From Dicyema japonicum (taxonomy: Eukaryota; Animalia; Dicyemida): a DNA stretch of 64,000 nt. The position numbers and the translations under genes were made by a program. The notes under the pieces are model-generated. The model was not told the origin of the DNA. It was given only the letters and a program-made list of their open reading frames with translations, and did no database searches. The stretch lies in contig RDEW01000017.1 of the NCBI GenBank assembly GCA_011109175.1, positions 310,001 through 374,000 on the forward strand, in the 5' to 3' direction. This document shows positions 1-11,093 of this stretch, piece by piece. Numbering within the stretch: position 1 is the stretch's first letter; each line of letters starts with the position of its first letter.

Positions 1-349
1 AGGATTTCTTACGTTTCTGCAAAGAGCTAGGAAACTCATTCAGAGAAAAGTGGTTTATGCAGAGGAATTCCGATCGACCATAGAGAAGTGCACCCCGATA
101 GAATTACACAAAAGAAGACACTTCCGGAGGGCAGTTGGTCGTTGGCGGAACATTCAAGGAGAGTTCGGAAGATATTGGAGGCTGTGGCACGTGCAACACG
201 GGGTCATTCTCCATCTCTTTCTAACACACTTCCAAATTCTTTAAAATTTTTTTGTTCAGGACAACTGGGAGAGTGATTCTTGATCATCCAAGGAATCGAA
301 GGGCGACAGCGGTGAAGTAGCACTCCATGTAAACTTTAAAAGTCAGTAA
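1..349 (+). CDS. Possible 3' end of an unidentified gene running in from outside the window
   Basis: Open stretches (KEDTSGGQLVVGGTFKESSEDIGG; DNWESDS..SKESKGDSGEVALHVNFKSQ*) separated by a pyrimidine-rich ...TTGTTCAG acceptor. Needs frameshifts and has no recognisable domain. Confidence 0.2.
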
Positions 350-367
350 AAATAATTCACCTTTACA

Positions 368-1671
368 CTAAAGAATTTGAGGCCGACTAACTAGACGATC
401 CCAGCTTCTAACAATTTCCAAATTACCCTCAATGACCCCCCCGTCTACCAGAAGCGCCTCGGTCCCTACCTTACCCTCACATGCAAATTTAATTTTTCCC
501 ACTGTGGGATCATTTTGTGAATCAGGAACAGCACATTGGTAAAACCCCCATATTAGTGTCTTCAACAAATGGAGGATCTTTAAAATAAACTCCGACACAC
601 ATAACTCATAAAATAACATTTCATAAAAATCAAAACATATGTCACCAACACACCCCCAACAGATACAGTAATGCTCCAACATCTGCTGTAGTACCTCACT
701 GTCATCCAAAACTCTCAGTGATCTATTTCTACACTATTAAAGTATATCACACTCCTTCAGCATTCTCCCGCTCAATTTGTCCCAGATTTTGGTCATTATC
801 AGTCCACTCCATTTCTCAAATCCATTCCTACCAAATCTACCAATAAAAACCCACGTCAACCTGTCCAACTGAGATCCCAAACTTACACAGCTCACTTTGT
901 CAGGAAGGTTGAGGTATGTCTTAGCCATGTTAGCGAACATTACACCCCCAAAACTGTCAGCCATGTTCACCTCCAATATTAAGGGAAATTACAAGATCAT
1001 AGTTTAGTACCACTAGGGTACCGAAACTGCTAGCCATCCAACGCAGTAGACAATCTGAGGAAGTCAGGTCCATAAAGGTCAGCACGCACTCTGAGAGAAC
1101 GAGAGTGGGGACATTGTAAGAAAATGTTTCAAAATTCTAAATTTATTAGGCAAAAACTTGCAGTTGGTTGACAATTGATTCCAAATTATCCAAATCTTGA
1201 CCAATAAATGAGTACTTCGTTGACTGAAGGAGACCGTTGGAATCCTTACGTGGACTATCTCGTGATTATAGATTATAAGTGAACCCAGTAAGGAGTAGAG
1301 AACTGGCTGTTGCTCAATAACCTTGGTTTTGTTCAAAAGTACAGAATTGAGGTCGATGTCGAAGAGAACAAAGTTTGATATTCCATCTTTGATAAGTCTC
1401 CAGTAAAGAGTGTCAAATCCTGCTCCGATATTTAATATTTGAAACCCCACGTGGACATAATGATTGAAAAAGTTATATGAGTGTTGTTTTATTACAGCAT
1501 GACGGAGAAAATAGCCAATGTTAATCTCCGGAGCTGAAGGTGATCGTTGTTGGTGTGAAAAATACTGCAAGAATTCATCCTGGTAGAAGCCTGCCTTCAC
1601 TGCGATAGTTTGGCAGAAACTGCGTGAGTATTTGTTAACCTCAGAGATTCTTCCCTGTCCCCACCAGACAT
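368..1671 (-). CDS. LCMT1: Leucine carboxyl methyltransferase 1 (PP2A methyltransferase), ~5 tiny introns, one 1-nt frameshift
   Basis: Motifs TNTHAVSAKL-SAVKAGFYQD, APEINIGYFLR, QILNIGAGFDTLYWRL, PTLVLSECVLTFM, VNMADSFG, LDDSEVLQQMLEHYCICWG. GT-AG introns of 26, 21, 22, 24 and 24 nt restore the frame. The C-terminal extension to 368 is uncertain. Confidence 0.9.
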
Positions 1672-1794
1672 CAAACTGATATCAATAAATTCAGTATATT
1701 TTAAATAATTAAAATTTATAACTAAAAAACCACATTTGCAATTTTTTCGCTCAACCGCCATAGTCATAAATATTTATTGTGGTTAGCATGTCAT

Positions 1795-2090
1795 GTACCT
1801 TAGTAGACCAGGTAAACGACCTATGGGATGACCATCTTCCTCTTTGAAGTCAGGAAACCTCATGTTTGGGACGTCAACTGCACCAACACATTCGCACCTT
1901 GGACCTACATCAGAATGCTTCTGGAGCCTGCTCGAAAGCTGATAGATCAAAACGAGCAAAATACGCGTTTGTACCCGAGGATGTTTTTTTGTTCCATTCG
2001 CGGTTAAAGCGCCCGGTTTACCTTCGACGCTGGAATTTCTGGACATCCTCGGAAAATAGTGGATTGGTATCAAGGTCGCCCATTTTTGTC
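1795..2090 (+). mobile_element. CRE-clade non-LTR retrotransposon fragment (REL endonuclease region)
   Basis: Degenerate GKRP.GMT...WDVNCT.TF...FFVPFAV, matching the 62985-64000 copy. Confidence 0.75.
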
Positions 2091-2139
2091 CCATATTACG
2101 TCAAACATGTTTTTAGACAAAAATTAAAAAAAAATTCGC

Positions 2140-2400
2140 TTTTCCTTTGAACTACACTCAGAGCAAAATATCTATAAGTGGGGATATCTGGTTTCTATTC
2201 ATATCTTCCTAAAGAGTTTACAAACTTCAGAAAGTTTTCAACGACGATGACGGTAATGTTCGGTTCCACCTATGCGTGTGACCGGTTGTTCTTTATGAAA
2301 TCAATAAATTCTCAAAGAACAAAACTAACTGAGTTTTTTGAGTTTGATATGACTGCTTTAGAGTATTATCCCATTAATATAATGACTTGAATTCAACATT
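2140..2400 (+). mobile_element. hAT transposase C-terminal remnant (SPIN/GTF2IRD2-like)
   Basis: FYSYLPKEFTNFRKFSTTMTVMFGSTYACDRLF..K..NSQRTKLT, a hAT dimerisation-domain motif. Confidence 0.7.
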
Positions 2401-3299
2401 ATGATGTTTGTCAGTATAAAAAATTAAAATTATTCCAAAGACCAAGAGTAACCAAACTAACTAACTCCTTGATTTTGAGAGTAACCAAACTAACTACGAA
2501 ACGAGTTCCAGCATTCCAGAACTTGTCTCCAGGTAACGACATTGTCCCCTGGGGAAGAATGATTAGATCCTCTTAATGCTGGCCAGGCATTGGGCGTCTC
2601 ATCAGTAAGGTGGATCTATCGAAAGGAAAATAATTTATGACCAACTAGCCAGATAGCACCACATGGCGTCATGCGGCTAGACTTTCATAGAAAACGACAT
2701 TAAGTCGTATCAGACGAATATTGACGTACTAAGAAAACAATATGGGAAAACGAACAAAAAATGTACTACTGGAAGAAAAAATCGACAAATCTTATTATTA
2801 CTAGTCCCCACACATATATTTGGCTTACTCTTGCGATGGCAACGGAAATAACAAATAATAACTGAAATAATAAATTTAAGTTATAAAAAACCATCTTTCT
2901 TAGGTTTCTTCAGCAATTCTACTTTTGACGCCTTGAGGGATAATTTACCACCTTAGACATTTATTTAATGTATTTTTTTATTTTTTTAAATTAAATATAA
3001 TTCGAAAGTCCTTTAAATTTACACGACGAAATAAATTGACAAATTACCAGAATTCTCAAATGTTAAGATCCTTCAAACTTATTCCTTTGTTAATAAAGGT
3101 AAGAATATTTATCATTTATATTTCTCAGCCAGGATTGCTCAGTCTTGGTGGCCCTGGATTCGAATCTAGCTGAGTCTAAACTCCCAAAATGTACATAACT
3201 TTTATGTGCCTTTGGCATATAGCCTAAGCCAACGATGACTCAAAATAATATCAGTGGTTGATCTAAAAACCACTTTGACTCGGTGATAAAAATTAGTTA

Positions 3300-3560
3300 A
3301 CCAAACTCGATTTCAAAATTTCCACGCATCTATTATGCCTCGGTTTAACGATCATCAGTGAATGCTTCACTGCGGAACCGGATCATCTACTAAGACTTAC
3401 AAAAAAGAAAAAATGAAGTTAAAGAACATTTATCAATTCCCTCCCTCCCTTATCGCGAATCTGATAAATTTTAAAAATTTTAAAGGCTCAAATGGATGGC
3501 TCAACCGTTTTAAAAAGCGTCATGAACTATTTTTTAAAGCAATTTCAGGTGAAAAAAATT
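3300..3560 (+). mobile_element. Tigger/pogo transposase remnant (CENP-B HTH)
   Basis: FKGSNGWLNRFKKRHELFFKAISGE. Confidence 0.75.
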
Positions 3561-4394
3561 CCATGGGCCTACTTCAAATTATTATTTTTAACTGTGTGGT
3601 TCTAGCATGACATATCATCAGCGAAGAATGATAGGTTAGTATAATTCGGGAAGAATTTAAGAAAAAGAATCTTACCTCTGTGGTCTGGAGTCTCCGCTGG
3701 TACCCCTTCACAGCTGTTACTATATCTCTATCACTAAAATCTACGCAGATTCTGAAACAGTAATTTTCGCTTCTACCCTTTCTTAATGTTTTGTCGTCCC
3801 CATTTGTTTTTCACTCAGATACCCTTTGGGGTCACTTTTTGAGCAAATTTAAAATGATGACTTTCTTACTCTTAATTATTTGATTTAAAGTATCTTGTGT
3901 TTAATTAGCATTCCAAGTAACGAAGAGCTTGTTTTTGCTAACACTGAGTCAACTCGAATGGCTGAACTTTTTGTTTTTAGAAATGCACGTAGCGTTCGTC
4001 CTCTTGTTAGATAAATTCAGACCCGTCATTTTTCACTACCCACCAATAGCCCATCTTCTCTAAAAATATTTTTTAAAAAAACTTTCCTAGACATGTCTGG
4101 GATGAGACATAATCGACATATAAGCATTAGAGTATTGCAGCCGTGGGAAGTCCCCCATATGAATGTTCAAAAAAAGTTAGTTCAATAAGAATATTCGAGA
4201 AACACCTATTTTCAAAAAAAACCGATATAAAGTCCGTGGTTCAAAAAAAATTTGTTACACAAAAAAAACTTTGATCCAATCTTGTATTCAACTCATGTGA
4301 AATAAATGTGATCAATTTTTAATTGTGTCATACTGAACATTTATTTTTAATGATTGTCCAAAATTATTTGTATATCTATTATGCCCCCACAGCC

Positions 4395-4560
4395 TCTCAT
4401 CAGATTCCACATACAGCCAGTTGCCGTCGAGACGAGCGGAGTCTTTGGGCCCAAGACGGTCTCGTTTCTAAGATCGCTTGGGTCGATGATATTGAAAATT
4501 AGTTACGATGATATTGAAAAAAGGATTTCTTAGTAGTTCTCAGGAAATTAGCCATTTCAA
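4395..4560 (+). mobile_element. CRE-clade 3' fragment
   Basis: PVAVETSGVFGPKTVSFLRSLG. Confidence 0.65.
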
Positions 4561-4629
4561 CCTATCAGCTGGATAATTTTGATTGTCTTGTTACGTAATA
4601 AATCAATTTATTTAGAAAAAAGTTAGCAA

Positions 4630-5010
4630 ATGGTCAAATAGCCGGTGCCCTGACTGCGTGGCTATTCCCTCAGGTGACGAGCAAGATTCGCTCAAATAAC
4701 CAGCAGCGCTCTCGAGGGTCTCCTGATCGTCTAGAAATCCGATTCCCTAGACGACTCAAGAATTCCAGCGTCGCAGGCGCAGGGGAACCAGACTGGTTAG
4801 ATCATGGAGGGGTGTCCGGCGGCGTCCAAAGCTTTCCTAACGATTTCTTTCAAAGCCATGTGTCTGGAAATCTGCCTGCATTCTTCCTGCAGGAGAGAGG
4901 ATGTAGACCAAAGCAGTCAATCTGGTCTCCGCATCGGCACGGATGTGGAACACAGACTTTTAATCCCGGTCGTATTGAAATCCCAATTTTTATTACTTTA
5001 CGTCACAGTT
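4630..5010 (-). mobile_element. CRE-clade fragment with 3' end
   Basis: Antisense reads HPLSCRKNAGRFP.H..L...LDAAG..S.LEP ... LRE-NSHAVRA; similar to the 38640-39090 and 62985-64000 copies. Confidence 0.75.
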
Positions 5011-5089
5011 TGATACGAAGTCTGGGATAATTTGAAAGTGTGTTTTTTCAATCAAAACGTTTTTTTGTCAACAAAACCATCGATTACTC

Positions 5090-5340
5090 CCATATTCTCG
5101 AGTGGTCCTAGAGATCGCTTTATTGCCGATCTCATCGTCTCAGGAGATTACTATTAAAAGCACTTTCACATAACCAAAAAACTTTATATTAACTAAAGTC
5201 CCGTTTGTGCCACACGTTTCGAAATCTCGGGAGATACTAGTCTATAAACGACTTCTTTCACAAACATCGTGAGGCTCTCAATCTCGAGCGAAGTCCCGAC
5301 GGCAGGGATTGGGTAGGCATTTAACCGACAACAATTATCC
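5090..5340 (-). mobile_element. RTE LINE 3' end
   Basis: GTGGCACAAACGGGAC...GTGAAAGTGCTTTTAAT closely matches the 3' UTR of the RTE copy at ~24835-24905. Confidence 0.65.
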
Positions 5341-5399
5341 TCTATGCATGAGGAATGAGAGCAAAGCTAAGCGGTGTTGGTTAAAGTCTTTGATGAGCT

Positions 5400-6290
5400 C
5401 CAGAGAATGTGAGGCGAGTGCTATTTCGTCCCAAGACTTTTTATACAAATAACTCCACCTGCAATGTATAAATGGAAATTATCTCATTAAATTCAATTTC
5501 ACTGTCTCGTTTTATGGTTGATGGGATTCATGCTTGCAGATTAACCCGTTATTTCCGATAAGTTGAGATCAGTATGTCTCAAGTGGAGATCATGTGTCTT
5601 TTGAATGTAAAATAGCGAAAGGAAAGTCTGTGCCTAAGATAGAGTGGTTCATAAACTCTAAGAAATTGGGTCAAAGTCGGTATAATCCAGTAGACAAGTC
5701 TGAAAACCCATTTGTCTATACCAACGGAGATTTCCTCACGAATGTGCCGATGAATGTGAAATGCATGGCCTTGAACGCCTTTAGTACGCATGCGAAGTCT
5801 GTCTACCTTGAAATCACAAGCTAACTTGTTTAAAACACGTGTAGGAAATGCAGAGATTTATGTCAATTGTGGGATGTGATAATCTCTCAAAGTCATCCAT
5901 AAGTTAAATCCAATGGAAAGGTTGATTCTCTGAGGAGTCTCAATATAACGTGGATGTATAATGGAAAACTGGATCAAGCGAATTCCATGTTCCAAGTCAC
6001 TCAAAATAAGGACGACTTTATAAGTAACAAGGACTATCAAGAAATGGATAGAGTGATGGTGGATAGTCTCAAATGTGTCGTGTCAGATGGTTATGCCACT
6101 GGGGTGGGAGATCGGAGTCTGTTAGTATTTGGTTGACTCTATCCTACCTGAAGAAGGTGTCTCTATGGAAAATCATGTGGGTACCAGTCATGCTGTTCAT
6201 AATATTCATAATATCGATCATAGCTGCTTATGTTTACAGGACAAGACCAATGGAAGTTACACTTCATTGGCGAATAAGGATTCCCCGTGT
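5400..6290 (+). CDS. Immunoglobulin-superfamily single-pass membrane protein (partial model, several frame problems)
   Basis: Ig motifs DQYVSSGDHVSFEC...PKIEWFIN...VKCMALN and LNITWMYNG...LKCVVSDG, then TM segment IMWVPVMLFIIFIISIIAAYVY followed by RTR. Tiny introns present. The cytoplasmic part, possibly extending to ~7050, is unresolved. Confidence 0.6.
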
Positions 6291-7269
6291 TTATTATGTT
6301 TTTCTTAAAGGCGGAGTCTCAATCAGTCTAAGTACCCAAAATCTAGTTTTTATAAAGTAAAGTACCCAGAATCTTTCTAACTTAGCAGTTAACTCGTTAT
6401 ACACCTTGGATACATCCGCTGGGGAAGATCCCCTGTTAATTTGAGAGAGCTTTCAAAGTACAGTTATTTTGCTAGAAATTTAATGGAACTATGTGAACGT
6501 TGGGGTATCATCAAATGTAAAATAGCTCAGCGTTCGTTATCAATTTTTGTTAAGAGGTCAAACTGGACCAACTAAGTGTAGGGACTCACAAGTTGTCGGA
6601 AATAGTATTAGAAGAGTCCTTCTTGAATTGGCTCTCATAGAAAGGAGTGGGTCACATCCATGCGGCGAAGATTTGACGTTATATCTAACATAGCGGCAAA
6701 AAACCTCATCTCATTCCCTACTAAGGATTCCCTTACTGGATGGCCCTTTGGTTGGCTTTGAAGCGACGTCAAGTCACAACAAGTCAATGAACAGCAAAAG
6801 ATTGGCGAAATCAAAAAAATCCAACACATTGTAGACGAGTCAGGTTTACCTGGATGTCCCTCAGAAGGGAGGATTCTGATTGATAAATTGGAGGCAGGGG
6901 ACACGTAGTGTTTTATAATCATCGATTTTTCGGGTGGTTCCTGCAAAAACAAATTCATGAATCTGTTTTAGACGAACCCGGTTATTGGGGTTGGAATGGA
7001 TGGATGAGAGCATTCGAGACAGCCTCACTAATTTGTAAGAGGTCAATCAAATAAAAGTCAACAATAAAAATTAAAAATTTTAAATTAAATTTTTATTAAA
7101 ATTTGGACACACTGAGGGATCTGACTAAGAACAGAAAAGCCTGGAACGAGAAAACTTTATTATATTTTTTGCTGAACATAAAGGGCTATAAATATTATGG
7201 CTCTCGTGAAAGTGCTAATAAAATTAATAACCCCACTTTATTTAACCAACAATAAAAATTAATATTTAA

Positions 7270-7860
7270 TAATCAACGAACTTCCTCGCTTGCCTGTTCG
7301 CAGCCTCCTCAGGCTTGATCGATTCTGGTTGCTGAAACAACTCCGAGAGCGCCTTGTCCAATTGAAGCATCTGCCCATATGGCATCTCCGGGCTCTGCCT
7401 CCTATACTATAGTGTCAGGCTCTCTAGGGTCCGTTTTAATACAGTGGACTGTAGATAGGCCTGGAGCTTCCTATCTACCCCTAACTGTTTTAGATAAACC
7501 TTGTGGTACCTTATTGCAATTCCTTCCCACGTCATTACTATTGGAATATCGAGGACTTTACGACCAAGCATCTGCCCCTTTTGTTTGCAAGCAAGTCATA
7601 CTTCCTTTTTTTCTCCACATCCACAGTCTGCAAACAATCTTGAGACATGCCAACCTCTATGATAAAGACTTTACCAAACTCCATATCGTGTACCACAATG
7701 TCCGTTTTATTGTGCTTGACTAGCACCGAGGTACGGATAACACTGTCTACCTTGATTTGGACCCTGGTGTTCTCTACTACAGATTTCACCTTATGAGTCC
7801 GCAATTTTCTGGTGTGGAGAATACCATACTTATTGCATAGTAGAAGATGAAGACTACTTA
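7270..7860 (-). mobile_element. R4-like REL non-LTR retrotransposon, 3' portion
   Basis: IKVDSVIRTSVLVKHNKTDIVVHD...IIEVGMSQDCLQTVDVEKKRKYDLLAN...LQAYLQSTVLKRTLES. Confidence 0.8.
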
Positions 7861-8129
7861 CTACCTCTTTATTCTTCCAGACATAGTCGTGGCTAAATGA
7901 TCAACCGACATGCTCATGTATTTGTTGATCGACCCAAAAAATATTGCGGTCTTGCATATACGTGTACAACGCCTCCGTAGGCGTCGGGGGGTCGGTTTTC
8001 GCGGCCCACTTGAGGAAAGTGTCCTGATGGCTGCGCGGATACCACCTTCAATTAACTTCGAAGGAAAACAGTTCTCTTGAGATGGAGCACTTCGACTTAC
8101 TCGTTGGGACCACGGAATTGATTTTCTTT

Positions 8130-9260
8130 AAGTTAGTATAAGACAGCTCAGGTTGTCCAGTAAATTTTGTAAAAACTCATGCCGCACAGCAGTAGCTGAT
8201 TGTCGATTTTATGTATTGCGTATAAAGGTGAGTGGAAACAACTTTTGTAATATCCAAGTAGTGTTTATACAAAATTTATTTTTCGTTGGGGAGGAAATGA
8301 CGTTGCTGACGTGTTTCCTGAAAGTCATAAGTAGGGCGATTTTTTACTTTGACTTATTTTTTACTTGACTTAATAAATCGGTCATTGACAAATAATCTTG
8401 ATTCCAGTACTTGGTGATTCCACATAAATCGTCCCCGAAATGTAATTTCTAAACGTGTTAACAGCGTTTTCGAGATCTATCGCAAAATCCCTTAGAACAT
8501 CGTCAATTATCTGAAAGATAATCGAAGAGTTTGCCGCAGAAGACAATGACGACAAGATATTAAAAATATTTTCTTGGGATCAGAAATTCTTCCATAAACG
8601 TATTGACATATTTCTGTCCCCCAATATCAGTTTCGTCAGTTAAAACAAACTTTTTTTCAGATCTATAATAAATGACAATAAAACCTCAAAAATTGCTTAA
8701 TTCCGTCAAGCTGCTTTGGCATAAATTTTCTACACTTTTTCGGCAAGCGCAAGTAGAAGGAAGATTATGTCCAATACCCTCAAATAAGTCTCGTACGCTT
8801 TTACTGTTCAACTTATGCAAGGAATATCGGATTCGACAATAGCCTTAGTGACTTATCGACCCATGTGTCGGCAGATGGGACGAGAAAATCAATTATATTA
8901 TTGACACCTGTGAAATAAAAATAATAAATCTGCTAATTTGATGTGCTTCTTGGACGATCTATGTGATTCAATAAAAACTGTTTTTTGATCTCACGCCAGT
9001 AGTTTATTTAAAAACTCGAAAAATTAAAAAATCAAAATCAAAAATCAATAATAATTTTGACTTTATTGACCTAAAAAATTAAATTTTGACTTTATTGACC
9101 TAAAAAAATTAAACTTTGACCTTTTTTGACATTGCTCAAAATTTTGACTTTTTTGACTTTTTTTGGTTTATATAATTTTTTGACCAAAAACTACATTTTA
9201 TAAGTTTTAAACAATTTTAAAAACATCAATTTTTGACTTTATTTACAAAAATTTCTAGTC
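8130..9260 (-). mobile_element. Degenerate hAT element (CGGBP-like transposase) with TTGAC subterminal repeats
   Basis: Antisense IPLHKLNSKSVRDLFEGIGHNLP...FVLTDETDIGGQKYV; ~8 TTGAC(T/C) repeats at 9050-9240. Confidence 0.6.
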
Positions 9261-9269
9261 ATAAGTAGT

Positions 9270-9660
9270 CATATGTGATCCCCTGTATTTTGATAGAGAT
9301 AACGGAAGGGATTGAAGTTCCATTAAGGGTCAAAAAACGTGCCGGTTGTAGTCTTCTATTGGAGGTAGAGTTTGACTTTTCAGGACTTGTGTGGAATAGG
9401 TTCATTGTAAGCCAACAGCTCAGGTTGTCCATAAATCTTGAAAACTGGTACCGGCTGTGTGAATACACTGGTCTCTTGTTGTTAGGATTATGTCGTTACC
9501 ATAAGCGAGGATCAGAGGATTGTTGCTACTATAGGAAGCCATGTCGTTCATAAAGAGGTTGAAGAGAAGTTGTGACCTATATAGATCTTTTAATGTGAAT
9601 TTTGAGGATTTCCAACGTGAACTTAAATAATAGCCTTTTATTGACAAATTTTCCTAGTCA
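9270..9660 (-). mobile_element. LINE reverse-transcriptase fragment
   Basis: LLFNLFMNDM...LILAYGND (a degenerate YADD). Confidence 0.6.
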
Positions 9661-9687
9661 TGATGATTTAGATTTAATTCAAATTCG

Positions 9688-10020
9688 CCACGTGACGCCA
9701 CGTGGTGCTATGTGGCTAATTGGTTGGAGATTTCTGTTTGCTTTATCTGTTTCTCCTATTCTTTTTCTTACTAGAGTGGCGTCATGCTATCCACCTGTCT
9801 CAGGTGGCGCCCAGTGGGAGACTGACACTAAAAAAGATCATTAGCTATCTCCCATTCCACTGGAGGGGTTTCCACAACTGGAAGGAATAGACTTCTTTTA
9901 CCTTTTATGCTGTTACCGGATGGACTGGAGGACTCTGTTTATGTAACAGTGGAAACTGGCTAAATTTAATTAGTTGTTTACTTCTAACTTCTTTTTTGGT
10001 GTATCCGGGGTAATAATAAT
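9688..10020 (+). repeat. Family A dispersed repeat (SINE-like), full length
   Basis: GCCACGTG..CTATGTGGCTAATTGG 5' motif, core GTGGCGTCATG..ATCCACCTGTCTCAGGTGGCGCCCAG, 3' end GTGTATCCGGGGTAATAATAAT. Confidence 0.85.
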
Positions 10021-10732
10021 CACCGAATGATCATATCCCTAAGAGGAGAGATCGTATTGAAATATGAACCTCATTCAAAATATTACCCAAATTATTCTCA
10101 AATGCACTGTCATCATTACTAAGAGAACATTAGAGAATAATCTGATCCTCCTAGTTCTGCACAGCACCACATACACCAGACGGACCTCTGAGAGAGTCTG
10201 TGACTTTCTTATTAGCCACCGGTTTCTTTCACTCGAAGGGACTGGAAGTCAAAAATAATCTAACAATTCCTTACTCCGCATGTCAGACATCACGGTTTAA
10301 CCTCCCCATAGTTTGGATCCGTGGATACGAATCCGGAACGTTAGTATATCCTAGATTTCTTTCAGGTGTATTAGATATCTCCTAGTACGTCATCTTGTCC
10401 ATGTACTCGTCAAGAAGGAGATTATAAGTCAGATAAACCATGGAAGCTACGAAAGCGAGGAGTAACATAAAATGTATTTTTCCTTATTCTTTATGTGAAA
10501 TTAAATTTAAATTGAAGATCGATATAACGAGATTTAATAATGGTGGGCAACAATCTAGTATTGATCAGCACTAATCGAATAATTGCCCAGAAACCGTATA
10601 TTTTGTTTTGTGATTTAAAATTAGTAATCAGTAGGGCAACCAGAAAATTGCAATCTTTAAAATAAAAAAGTCTGCCGGCAGGTGGATCATGGCTATTGAC
10701 ACAGACAATGTCCACTCCCATGGGTTTTGAGA

Positions 10733-10852
10733 ACCATCTCCGTTGGGGAGAGCATCTGAATCGTGCAGGAATCACATTTCCGATTTCGTGATACCATCTC
10801 CGTTGGGGAGAGCATCTGAATCGTGCAGGAATCACATTTCCGATTTCGTGAC
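10733..10852. repeat. 60-bp tandem duplication (2 copies)
   Basis: ACCATCTCCGTTGGGGAGAGCATCTGAATCGTGCAGGAATCACATTTCCGATTTCGTGA repeated exactly, period 60. Confidence 0.95.
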
Positions 10853-10944
10853 GATTCTTCTACCCATTCACTCAACCGCTTCAGAAATTTGAAGGTGATT
10901 GTGGAATATTATTAAATGCATTTATTATGACAAAAAGTGAACAA

Positions 10945-11010
10945 ATGGTCGTACAGTGGCCACCCTGACTGCGTGGCTATTCTCCCTCAGAATGGCGACC
11001 GAGAAATCTG
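10945..11010 (-). mobile_element. CRE-clade 3' end
   Basis: QISRSPF-LRENSHAVRVA; same terminal motif as at 4640 and 45570. Confidence 0.6.
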
Positions 11011-11093
11011 TCAAACAAACCACAATCTCAAAAACAACAAAAATACGAGTAAATTAATAAAATTAAAACCAAGAAAAGAATGTTATTACTTAA

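Noticed and set aside
1620-1639. 20-nt GT-AG intron that would fix the LCMT1 frame
   Set aside because: It would delete the conserved TN..A..AKLSAV motif; a 1-nt indel gives the better protein. RNA-seq would decide.
6290-7050. TIR or kinase cytoplasmic domain for the Ig receptor
   Set aside because: Only vague similarity (LDTSAGED) with many stops; not supportable.
9697-9730. tRNA-derived head for family A (TGGCTAATTGG A-box-like)
   Set aside because: No B-box or tRNA arms follow in any full-length copy.
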